From Zygophlyctis sp. KS116 (lineage: Eukaryota > Fungi > Chytridiomycota): 32,000 nt of DNA. The notes beneath the pieces were generated by a model that made no database searches, was not told the DNA's origin, and was given only the letters and a program-made list of their open reading frames with translations. The stretch spans positions 30,001 to 62,000 of the forward strand of contig BAAFSQ010000007.1 of assembly GCA_054661495.1 (NCBI GenBank), written 5' to 3'. The position numbers and the translations under genes were made by a program. Position 1 is the first letter of the stretch. Each line of letters begins with the position of its first letter. Below, piece after piece: positions 12,384 through 22,959 of the stretch.

Positions 12384-14105
12384 TCAAGCATTGGCGCAAA
12401 TTTCCTTGAAGCCTTTAATATCGAGATCTTCCATTACAACCAGCTGATCCGATACATACCCACAGCCTACATTTGCTCGTCCTCCTTCCGCAGCCCAGTC
12501 ACTGACTCTTTTTAAGCCACGTTCACACCAGATGGTTTCTAGAGCATTTACCAAAAAGTCCATATGTTCCTGTGTGTGCCCGGGTGTCGGGGTGATTCTT
12601 AATCGTTCTTCTCCACGAGAAACAGTTGGATAATTAATTGATTGTACATAAATGTCGAAGCGAGAAAGTAATTCATCTGATACAGATTTCGCAGTCTAAA
12701 AACTTAAAAGAATAAAATTACCTCTGCATCTCCAATCAACACTGGTACAATATGACTAGGATTTGGAATAGCAGGAATACCCAATTCAGCCAACCTCTGT
12801 TTCAAATCACGAGTTCCCAACTGCTGTCCACTTCTTTCGGCAGCTGATGATTTCAAATGACGAACAGCTGTTAAAGCTCCAGCAACCACAGGAGGTGGAA
12901 GAGATGTAGTAAATATGAAACCTGGAGCATAGGAACGAATCATATCAATTAATTGGCTAGAGGCAGCTAAATCATTAATATAAATTGTAAAATACCAACA
13001 TATCCACCAACGACACCATAAGCTTTACCTAAAGTTCCAGTATACATATCGATTTCGTCAAGGGCGCCAATATACTCTGCAACACCAGCTCCAGTTGATC
13101 CATACATTCCCACTGCATGAACTTCATCCAAAAATGTTAATGCATTATACTTTCTAGCAAGAGCAGCTATTTCCTTTATAGGTCCAATAGATCCGCACAT
13201 TGAATAAACAGATTCAAAAGCAATTAATTTAGGGACAGAGTAATCTACAGACGCTAATAAAGACTCTAAATGATCAACGTCATTATGACGGAATATCATT
13301 TTCTTAGCTCTTGAGTTCCGAATTCCTTGAATCATTGATGCATGGTTTGAGGAATCAGAAAAAATAACACATCCGGGAAGTTTTCCTGCCAGTGTTGAAA
13401 GAGTGGCATCATTAGCCACAAAACAAGAAGAAAATACGAGCGCCCCATCCTTATTGTGTAGAGACGCCAATTCCTGTTCTAATTGTAGATGAAGCTGAGA
13501 ATTCCCAGCAATATTCCGCGTACCTCCAGCACCTGCCCCATACTTTTCCAGAGTATCCCTACATATTAATAATCTACAATATACGTCATTGATTTAATAA
13601 CTTTAGGATGTTTGGACATTCCCAAATAATCATTTGAACACCAAACAGTAATTAAATCCTCTTCCTTATGAGTATGTCCCACAGGGAAAGCTTTAGCGAG
13701 ACGATTAATATTGTTAAAGTAACGATAGGATTTGTCTCTATGTTTAGCATCTAATTCCTTTTTATAAAATGATTCATAATCAAAAGGACAAGATGTAAAT
13801 GGCTCAACAACTGGAGCTTCCTTGTCAATCTTGGGTCTAGCATAAAGGTGGGCTTTCAAAAAAGAAGATCCAGATCTAGTCCCTATAGCAGTCATTGAGT
13901 CAACTACAGCGGCGTAAGGACAGATCGGAGAAGAAGAGATCGAAGCTGATTGGCAAGCTTTAACAGCTAGTGCAGTCGACATTACAGGGCAGCGTTGAGC
14001 AGAAGCAACAAACTGCGACTTCATGGATAGTTTTCTTAAAGACGCAACAGGAGTCTTCTTTAGAAACGGACAGTTTTGTTTAATAGAGTGAGATATTCTT
14101 TCCAT
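12384..14105 (-). CDS. HEM1: 5-aminolevulinate synthase, mitochondrial
   Basis: [36 protein letters not shown] (PLP lysine), [24 protein letters not shown]. Introns 13559-13584 (26), 12967-12995 (29), 12696-12721 (26). Confidence 0.95.
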
Positions 14106-14180
14106 TTTTTAAACCTAAAAACGCGAACTTCACGCTAAAATTCCCGATCGTTTGCTTAATTGGGCCAAACCCACCCACAT

Positions 14181-15390
14181 TTAATTACTTTCATCGGTTA
14201 AATTTTCCTGTACAGACGCTAATCGCTCTCTCCAACCTTCATCAGCTAATCCAGGGAATAATAAACAGAGTCTTGCCATTGAAGATTCATATTCGAAAAG
14301 AAGCTGTTGTGCTCTTGAAGATTCCAGCTCTTGCGGTGCCAAAGAGAGTGTTGATAATGAGGCTGTATACAATTGATCAGGGAAGTTTGATCTGTTAGGA
14401 GGTGTTACTAGATTTAAAAGATTATTGGCTAGACTTGGATCTTGAGGAATTTCAATCGGTGGTATGGCCGAACTTACTTCTTCTTCTTCATCATCATCAT
14501 CCGATTCAACCTCTTGTGCTACATCTGCTTCTAGATTAGCTACTTGACGACATAAAGGACATTGAAACATGAATCCAGTGGCTAATAATGGTGTACAACA
14601 CTTGTAATGAAAACAATGAGAACAAGGAGCTAAAAATAAGGCTTGAAAAGGTTCCATATCAGATAAACATATACAACAAGAAACCATTTCTTTATCGACA
14701 GTGTCATTATTTGGGTTCATAGCAGCTAATAAATTTGATATAGCATTCTTCATTCTAAATATTTTTAGAATTTTTTTTAAAATACCTGGCAGTTTTTGGT
14801 TTTAATTTACTTCCATTCACATCTGAAATAAATAACTTTATGGTTACACATTTATAAATTTCTTCTTGTCTTCCTTGATAGTCTACTCCCATCTGTATTA
14901 TATCACCAGATTTTAAAGGATATGGTCTTGACTCCTTTCCAGAAGGAGATAGACGTAACCTATTTAAAAATGTACCCGATGATGAACCAACATCTCTAAA
15001 ATACAACTTTTCATAAAAAATCATAAAATACCTGTCCGTCCTTTCCCAACCATAATTCTGCATGAGAACGACTCACTACTTTACTTCTAAACCCAATAAT
15101 TTGATTGGATAATGTAATATTACTACAATCTTGATCATTAGAGTTTTCTACTAGTGCCGATGCATTATGGGCTATCTGTTGATCTCTAGAAAGACGAGTA
15201 GATTCTCTTTTAGAGTCGATTTTTCTACCAAACTTGACAAGCTTTCCAGGAGTTAAGTCAATTTCAATAGGCTTGAACATGAATTGTCTATTGTATGGTG
15301 ATAGCGACTGATGTAGCGGTACTTCTGAATGTGGGAATAGTTGTAAGTGAATCTTTTCAGAGAGCCTATCATTAGATAAATGAGATACAT
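14181..15390 (-). CDS. DMA1: FHA-RING E3 ubiquitin ligase, Dma1/Dma2 family
   Basis: FHA (FRSKVVSRSHAELW, RDVGSSSGTFLNRLRLS, GDIIQMGVDY) and RING (CCICL...FQALFLAPCSHCFHYKC...FQCPLCR). Introns 15366-15388 (23, inside the ATG), 15007-15031 (25), 14755-14785 (31). Confidence 0.9.
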
Positions 15391-15478
15391 TAGTGATATT
15401 TTTAGACGCCAACGGCCCCCAAACGCCACGCGCTCAAAGTCACGCAAAATTTGCTTCAAAATCCAAATTTTCACTCAA

Positions 15479-16683
15479 ATGATAAGTTCAATCATCTTCA
15501 TATTTTCACTCATCATTGTTGATATAGTCACAGCAAGCATAAAATTGGAATTAGAATTGGATAATGCATGGGGTCGAGAGGATTTAAGAGGAATACAACT
15601 CTTTTCTGAAAATGATAAGGTGCCACTTAGGGGATCTACTATACTCTATGATGTACCAGTAAATATGGGTTATACTGCAAATATTTACATTGGATCTTCA
15701 CGGCAAACATTTAGAGTCGTTATAGACACTGGATCAGCTGATGTGTGGGTTCCATCAGTTGAATGCGAATTGGAGAGTTGTAGGAGGCACATGAAATACA
15801 ATCCAAGTCTTTCAAACACTGCATTATCAACAGGAAATATTTTTAGCATAAAGTATGGAACAGGATCGGTTATGGGGTACATTTTTAAAGATCAAATTGG
15901 TATTTTCAAACTTTTTCTAATTCATATAGACTTTGCTGGTTTTGTATTACCAAATCAATCAATAGGAACAGTTGTAGATCAGTCATCATATTTTGCAAAC
16001 AAGCCTTTTGATGGTATTTTAGGTTTGGCATTTTGTAATATTTCTGCAATTTCTGAAAAATCCTTGTTAGATAGGCTAAAGGAAAATGGGCTGATTAATA
16101 AAAAGAGATTTTCTCTCTTTTTAAGTAGGAATGGTGAAAGAGCTTCAGAGCTATTGTTTGATGATGTAAATCCTGATTACTTTGATGGAAATTGGACTTC
16201 TGTTGGCTTAACTTCAGATATTGTAAGTCATGTTATTTATTGACATTTAAGGGATTCTGGATTGTTAAGATTGACTCTGTGCAAATAATTTTAAATGGAA
16301 AAAATAGTTTGATTTACTTTAAAAATGATCAGGCAATTATGGATACTGGATCAACATTGATTTATGCTCCAAAAAATGCTGCAAAAGCGCTTCATAAAAG
16401 GATACCAGGTGCAAGGAAGAAGTGGTTCAAAAGTTATTATACTTTTCCATGTCATGTTTTGGCTAATCTCACTCTAAACCTTGTTATTGGTGGGATGGCA
16501 ATGAATATTCTTTCTGAGAATTTAAGTTTAGGATCTGATGATGGAGGAAAGACATGTATTTCTGCAATTTATGGGTCAGACGGAAATGAATGGATTTTGG
16601 GTAGTGCCTTTTTGAGGAATATGTATAGTCTTTGGGATGCAGAATCAAGAACAATCAGCTTTGCCAAATTGAAAGTGAAGTAA
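15479..16683 (+). CDS. Secreted pepsin-like (A1) aspartic protease
   Basis: Signal peptide MISSIIFIFSLIIVDIVTA, both catalytic motifs (VIDTGSAD, IMDTGSTL), flap YGTG, DGILGLAF, WILGSAFLR. Introns 15900-15929 (30, in-frame) and 16223-16251 (29). Confidence 0.9.
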
Positions 16684-16744
16684 CCATTTTGGATTTAAAC
16701 TGGAAACTATTTTGAATGCATTAGAGTTACAAATACAATTCTGT

Positions 16745-17872
16745 TTAAAACCAAAAACTTGTGCTAAAACTAACACTGAGAGACCGCACATAATGCCACC
16801 ATCCTTTAGGAATATATAATAAATCACCAGGCCCCAGAATAATATCTGAATATTTGTCTGTGGGAAATTCAGGAAATCTTTCTAAATTTTCTTCGAATTC
16901 TACATCAATCTGAGATGTATTAGAAAGCATTTGATCCGATGGAAATGGATATAAATTTGCATCTGGATGATATAGTCGAATGTACTTGTATCCAACAATC
17001 TGAGCAAAAATATTATCATGCGGATCATGATGACAAGGAGAAACAGTTCCACTAGGTCCCATCCATACATTAATGATTGGCTCTTCTGAATTTCTTGCAT
17101 AGCAATAATCAGGAACCGAAATATCACTCTCCAACTCTTTTATATGATCCAGTAAATTGTATTGAGCAAGATATACGATACTGTTAGAATCTGTTAAACA
17201 AGAAAGAAATTCATGAAATGGAACAAGTTTCTGAGTCCAATTTTTTTGAGTATATGAAGATCCTAATTCAACTGGAACGAGACGATATCCTGCCAAGCGG
17301 TTTAAATAGTCCAAATTATCCCATGGCCTCATTGATATGGCTGGCCAATGATTAATAGAATTCGTAAATACAACAGGACTTTTACATTCTTTAAATTCTG
17401 ATAATTTCATTGATGATCTGATCTGTATAGGAAATCTGACGGTCGGCTTATTATCCAGAGTTGCATTAACCTTATTGTTTGGAATATCAGGTTTATTAAG
17501 ACATGCTTGAAGATCACTTATAAGCTCTAAAATCCTTTCCTTATAAGTTGGACAACCAGTCATTAAAAGTGCCATATCAAGCAGTTTCATACATTCCTTT
17601 ATCTTCTCTGGAGCAAGCGATGAGTTGTCAGTCATTACAAGAAGAGCCCGAATTAATGATGATAGTTCATATTGAGTACGAAGTCTGACTGAGGCATCTT
17701 TGAAAGGTTCCGCCCTGAATAACTGATCAGCCCGATCTAAAAGTTGATCTGAAATAACAAGTGCCTCATCCATCCGTTTAGCATCAATACAATCGTACAG
17801 TCTTTTAATCCAGCATTGAGAAACAAGATCAAACTTATTTGTATGAGATCTGAGCTCATGAAGAAATTCCAT
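16745..17872 (-). CDS. JMJD5: JmjC Fe/2-oxoglutarate oxygenase, JMJD5/KDM8-like
   Basis: RLVPVELGSSY, YLAQYNL, WMGPSGTVSPCHHDP (HxD), PGDLLYIPKGWWHYVRSL, C-terminal SFWF; intronless. Confidence 0.85.
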   Translation of the reverse strand: MEFLHELRSHTNKFDLVSQCWIKRLYDCIDAKRMDEALVISDQLLDRADQLFRAEPFKDASVRLRTQYELSSLIRALLVMTDNSSLAPEKIKECMKLLDMALLMTGCPTYKERILELISDLQACLNKPDIPNNKVNATLDNKPTVRFPIQIRSSMKLSEFKECKSPVVFTNSINHWPAISMRPWDNLDYLNRLAGYRLVPVELGSSYTQKNWTQKLVPFHEFLSCLTDSNSIVYLAQYNLLDHIKELESDISVPDYCYARNSEEPIINVWMGPSGTVSPCHHDPHDNIFAQIVGYKYIRLYHPDANLYPFPSDQMLSNTSQIDVEFEENLERFPEFPTDKYSDIILGPGDLLYIPKGWWHYVRSLSVSFSTSFWF

Positions 17873-17957
17873 CCAGGGTGAGGAGGCTCAGATCTCATTC
17901 AGTTGAAAGAGTTACGAATTGTGTGGTGGCGTTATATTATCAGCAGATCAAAATTCA

Positions 17958-19232
17958 ATGGGGCAAAATCAGTCTAGCTTTGATGAAGATTTGGATGGAT
18001 CAAAAATGAACTATTGTAATCCAATGTATTTAAATTCCAAATTGCCAAAGTTGCCAAATAAGGCAGATCATGGTGGAAGATCAGAATTTGAAAACTATTC
18101 CAGACATCATAGATCTGGACTATTAGAAAGTCTGCCGATAGAATTAATTCTGCAGATTCTATCAAAAATGGAGATCAATACACTCCTGAAGATGGCAAGA
18201 GTTTCTAAAAATTGGAACAGGCTTGCTAATCAAGATATCCTATTCCAGAAGGCCGCTGTATCTAGATTTCATATTCATCCATCAAGATTTTATTATCTAG
18301 GCTTGAATCCACATCAAAAATCACATAAATGGAAAGATTTATATGCAGAACTTGACTCTGGAATTTCAACTTGGTCTGGTTATGCATTGGACTATGTAAC
18401 GAATTTAGGATGTCCATATGAAATGGAACTGATTATTAAATCAACAGATTCAAAGCTTGTTCGTGGACCTTATGGGCTGTCGGACAAATCTAATTTTTTC
18501 CGTTTAACCCAATTTGAAGGATGTTGTCGATGGAGGACTTTGGCAGATTCATTGACAAATACTGAAGGAGCTATAGTTGACCCTGAAGGGAACAGTAGTA
18601 TTAGATTCCAAGTAGATCCATATCTTGCTGCATATTTTCCACGCCACATTACATTTACAGAAACTGGAGTAGTGAGAGGTCTTGATCTTGTAGTGCCTAA
18701 TTTATATCAAGGATTAGTCTGTGGAAATGTTGTACTGGGCTCTTACGATCCTGGTCATCCAGATTTAGTTGGATCATTTATATGTGTTTTACAAGACTCT
18801 TCACCACTTGATCGCTTTCGGACAGATCAATTCAAACCTTTAAAACAATACAAGGGCATATGGATGGCTTCACTTGATAAAGCCATATACATGCATTTCA
18901 CGGTAGAGAAAGCGAATTCTGGTAAAATATCAGGGACAGCCCAACTTTTCCCATTTGTATCATGTAGGACAACAACTCGACAAGCTAAAGTAGAGCTTGA
19001 GAATTGCGTAAATCTTGAGCTTCAATTTCAAGTTGATGTGTCGGATGATAAAGCTCCCTCTGTAAGTAATGGGCAATTTTCTCTCGTGGAATCATCATTT
19101 TATCATCAACTTTGGGTACAAGATTGCGTTCCAATTGCACAGGTAATACATATGAATCTTAATGGTGACACAATCACTGGTTTATTTTCAGATCCAAGAC
19201 CAGGATGTTTTTATTTAAATCCAATAAATTAA
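17958..19232 (+). CDS. F-box protein with unrecognised C-terminal domain, putatively N-myristoylated
   Basis: First ATG at 17958 gives MGQNQS; F-box LESLPIELILQILSKMEINTLLKMARVSKNWNRLA; intronless. Confidence 0.75.
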   Translation: MGQNQSSFDEDLDGSKMNYCNPMYLNSKLPKLPNKADHGGRSEFENYSRHHRSGLLESLPIELILQILSKMEINTLLKMARVSKNWNRLANQDILFQKAAVSRFHIHPSRFYYLGLNPHQKSHKWKDLYAELDSGISTWSGYALDYVTNLGCPYEMELIIKSTDSKLVRGPYGLSDKSNFFRLTQFEGCCRWRTLADSLTNTEGAIVDPEGNSSIRFQVDPYLAAYFPRHITFTETGVVRGLDLVVPNLYQGLVCGNVVLGSYDPGHPDLVGSFICVLQDSSPLDRFRTDQFKPLKQYKGIWMASLDKAIYMHFTVEKANSGKISGTAQLFPFVSCRTTTRQAKVELENCVNLELQFQVDVSDDKAPSVSNGQFSLVESSFYHQLWVQDCVPIAQVIHMNLNGDTITGLFSDPRPGCFYLNPIN

Positions 19233-19265
19233 AGATTACTTTAGGCTTCAGGGTTCCCTACCGAA

Positions 19266-19853
19266 ATGGACGGAATTTCCAAAAGCGATATGCCATCCCA
19301 CGAAGTGATACATGATGATGATCATCATCCTGCCATTACTAGAATAGTAGCTATTGCACTTGACTCCTCTGAGAATTCAGAAAGCGCATTACATTGGGGT
19401 AATTTAAAGATTATAATCTTTAGCTGTCAAAAATATTCTAAAGCCTGAAACAGATTTAGTAGTTTTGATGAATGTTAGACCAATGGCTGTAGTTCCTGGA
19501 CCATACGGCGCTGCGTATATGGATTTCACCAGTTATACTACTCAACTTGAAGAGTATAATCGCTCGCAATCTCATAGTATTTTGAAAAAGGCTGCTGCAT
19601 TCCTAAAGCCAATGAATTTTACTGTCAAGGCTATATCTTTGAGAGGAGACGCAAGAGAAGAATTATCACGTAAAGTTGATGAACTTCATGTTGATTTGCT
19701 CATTATTGGTAGTCGGGGAATGGGTGCAATCAAACGGTAAATAAAACATATATTAATGCTAGAGTCTTTATTGGAAGTACTTCTGATCATTTGATTCATC
19801 ATGTGCAGTGTCCTGTTGTAGTTGTAAAAGATGATGCAAAGACGACTGTATAA
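19266..19853 (+). CDS. Universal stress protein (UspA family)
   Basis: RIVAIALDSSENSESALHWA, GDAREEL, LLIIGSRGMGAIKRVFIGSTSDHLIHHVQCPVVVVK after removing introns 19399-19423 (25) and 19737-19762 (26). Confidence 0.9.
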
Positions 19854-20295
19854 TTTTTATTTCATTTTATAGGGCACATCTGCATCTACTGAACCAGTTC
19901 CTGCTTCTTTACACTAGTTGTGTCCAAAGGAAATGAAATGAATAAAACGATTTTTGATAAAGTGTGGAGCAGATTAATCATCTGTCGATAGAAATATTGA
20001 GAAATATTATCAGTGAAATGCCTTAGAAAGCGTGCGAAATTTAACTCGTGCGCTATCAGCCAGTCTCCATCATATTCGACGATTGATCGCTATAAGTATT
20101 TTGGATAATTAACAATTTTAAAAATTCTAGCTTAAATTAATTATTTTTAACATCTTGAGTTATGCTACCGAGTGCAATTCATTTTACAGGATTTTAGACG
20201 GTGCTATTATGATTCACGTTAAGTGTCAAATGATGAAAACTCCAAGTGGAATTTATCAAGATTTACAGGTAATAATGCGCTGATCAGATAAGTAT

Positions 20296-20325
20296 ATTCG
20301 AGATTATTCTGGAATAATCTAGAGA
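20296..20325. promoter_or_regulatory. Heat-shock element (HSE) upstream of HSP20
   Basis: Alternating pentamers aTTCg aGAtt aTTCt gGAAt aaTCt aGAga, containing the perfect inverted repeat AGATTATTC-tg-GAATAATCT, about 50 bp before the HSP20 ATG. Confidence 0.7.
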
Positions 20326-20377
20326 ACTATTTAAAAATCCATGCCATCGAATCATCAATCTTGAAAATATTTTAAGA

Positions 20378-20863
20378 ATGCCGATTAGTAGATCTTTTAC
20401 CAATGCTAATGCATTCGCCAAAAAAGTAGAATTGATGAATGCAGCTGCTAATCTGCTTCCACCGTTTGTCCGAAATGGTTCAAGTAAAGTGTCCGGACAG
20501 TGTACTCCTAAAATAGATGTTTGGGATGATGCTGGAGGGATTAATATTAGTGCTTTTCTTCCTGGTATTCAAATTGAAGATGTGAGAGTTGAAATACAAG
20601 ATGGAGAGCTATCAATCACGGCAAAGACCAATGATGTGGAAAATAGACAACCGATTAAAAATCAAGTATATGATAGGCAGCACTCATTGGATTACTTTGC
20701 TGGGATCATAGCTAGACTTCATCAATTAGGCAAAAGCTACAAACTATCGCGAGTTATTGCCATTCCTGTTGATGTTGATTCTTCCAACATTAGCATGAAT
20801 TTCAATAATAATATGCTTGATCTGTATATTCCAAGGCTCAGTAAAGAAAATTATTGTGGATAA
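20378..20863 (+). CDS. Small heat-shock protein (HSP20/alpha-crystallin domain)
   Basis: PKIDVWD...AFLPGIQIEDVRVEIQDGELSITA...RVIAIPVDVDSSNISMNFNNNMLDLYIPR; intronless; upstream HSE. Confidence 0.8.
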   Translation: MPISRSFTNANAFAKKVELMNAAANLLPPFVRNGSSKVSGQCTPKIDVWDDAGGINISAFLPGIQIEDVRVEIQDGELSITAKTNDVENRQPIKNQVYDRQHSLDYFAGIIARLHQLGKSYKLSRVIAIPVDVDSSNISMNFNNNMLDLYIPRLSKENYCG

Positions 20864-20925
20864 CAGTCTATATGAATGAAAAAATAAAACATTTTAAAAA
20901 GATAAAACTCTTATTTAAACCATCG

Positions 20926-22622
20926 CTAGGCAGGAGTCAGAACCTGAGGATAAACTTCCGCAATCTTTTGGAATAGCTCTGGTTGAGTTCTTTGGAGGGC
21001 ATATGGATCTTCTGCCAAACAAACAAAGATTGTTGCTACACCAGAAGTAATCACTTCCGCCAAGATAGAAAATTCTGCCATTCCGACAAGTAGTCCTAAG
21101 ACCCCAGCTGCTACCATGATCAATGTCGGAGTATCGGCAGTAAGTGCCGCTTCGTTTCTAGTCAACATCCAACCAGCTAAAATTAAAAAGAATCAAATTT
21201 ACCCAATACTCCCAATCCTCCAGCAAACATCCCCACAAATAGCATACCAAATCCAAGAACATTACCAATCAAACTGTCATTGATGATTGCATCCACGCCG
21301 CGACTCTTAATCAATCGCCATGTATCTTTTCCAGCAGTGCAAAAGTCCTTTCCATAAATTGCAACTTGAGTAAACGCATACTTTTGATAAAACCAAATGT
21401 AACTTTACCTTGTTGAAATATTGGACTAGAGATTCAATGATACTTAGGATGCAGTCCAAACAGTATAAGCAAAACAAAGCAAATAAATTCCCATCGGATC
21501 TAGCTTGATCAGAAAGACCACGAACAATAGCTCTCAAGGTCTGGATTAAAGCTATAATCAAACTTCCATAGCAAATAGAACCAAAACTAGTAGTCAGGGC
21601 ACGCTTTGCAGATTTAATTGTTGGATTCTGAACAGGAACAGTAACCTTGAATCTTTGTGAAGGATCAGCTGTTCCCATAAAGTAAACTGTTGCAAAGAGT
21701 CCAGAGACTGTTACATGAACAACATTTTTCACAACTTCAGAGGACCAGTAAAAGCAAAAAAGCTAACGTTAGATATATCGACAAAATTACAATGTAGATA
21801 TAAACAGCATATGTTGCTCCATTGCTAGAACCATCGCTGTTGTTTTTTAAACCCCATCCTCCTGTTTTTAACAAAGATAAGAAAAATACCTGCTGAAAAA
21901 ATAAACAGAAATGAGAATCCAAGTCCAAAGATTAATCCGATAAATCCTGTAAACAATGTAGAAGGAAACTGTCCAGTAATTCTTGTTACGGTTTTCAGCA
22001 TTACTTTAGCAAAGGGAATACGATGACGCCAAGAGTAAAAGAACCAGGCATACACAAGCGTAAGTATCAGCATGATACCACCGCCAATATAGTTGCCTGC
22101 AATGACAAAGAAAATGCCAAATGCAATATTTATAAGGATCATCAGAATACCAGTACCCCAAATCATCTTCCCGGCAAAACTAATTATCAGAGTTTTCTAC
22201 TTTTACCTTTGCATCAAGAAGAAATAAGCCAATGACACTAAAAACCCAGCCGCTATGGAGACGGCAAAACATTTTCCGAGGATTTCAGTAACAAGCTTAC
22301 CTGTTTGATTGATGTTTTGTACTTGGTTGTTGTCCCGAAAGGTTTTGATCCCAACGTAAGCCAAGGCAGCAAAACTTATCATGCAAAGGATAAACAAGAT
22401 AGCTGCCCACAAATCATTATACTTTGGGTTTTGATTGATCTTGTCTTCATTTATGGAGCTGGATGGTCCACTCTGCTGAGGCTTATTCCAGTTTTGCTGA
22501 TTAGAATAAGAGGGAGCTGGCTGAGATGCCTGCTGGCCATAGTAAGAGGGAGATGGCTGAGGCGGTTGCTGGCCATAGTAAGATCCATTATTTAGAGGGG
22601 GCTTAGATTGGTAATAAGACAT
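20926..22622 (-). CDS. PNS1: Choline transporter-like (CTL/SLC44) protein Pns1
   Basis: Q/P/Y-rich N-terminus, PKYNDLWAAILF, WRHRIPFAKVML, TTSFGSICYGSLI, YFNKYAFTQVAIYGK, TIFVCLAEDP. Introns 22180-22206 (27), 21862-21889 (28), 21763-21790 (28), 21381-21408 (28), 21177-21202 (26). Confidence 0.9.
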
Positions 22623-22959
22623 TTTTCGATGACGTCGAAGTGCCACACACAAACGAATGCTTTGTGGCGCTGAAAATTTTGAGGCGCTGCCACCTGAATG
22701 AGGTCGCAAGGGATCAACCGTCCAAGGTTTATACATCTCATTATTATTATCCATATTCAAGTTAAAATATGGAGGACTAAAATATTAACAATTCAACAAT
22801 ATTAACATTGTATCCCTGGAACATTTTAAATCCTTGCTATGCAAACTAAATATTCTTGAATAAATCGCAGTAACATTAAGATATTTAATTATAAAGAGCC
22901 TCTATGCAATCAGTGCTCTTGCTTGAAATCGCAATAATTTAGAGTCTCGACTATTGTCA

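Noticed and set aside
15380-15478. ORF-track N-terminal extensions (protease from 15380, PNS1 from 22760, F-box from 17919, J protein from 5714)
   Set aside because: They use non-ATG starts or overlap neighbouring genes; downstream ATGs give a proper signal peptide or N-terminus.
22253-22300. Possible in-frame intron in PNS1 starting GTAAGC
   Set aside because: The first AG is 48 nt away, outside the observed size range, and removal would delete part of a plausible transmembrane segment.
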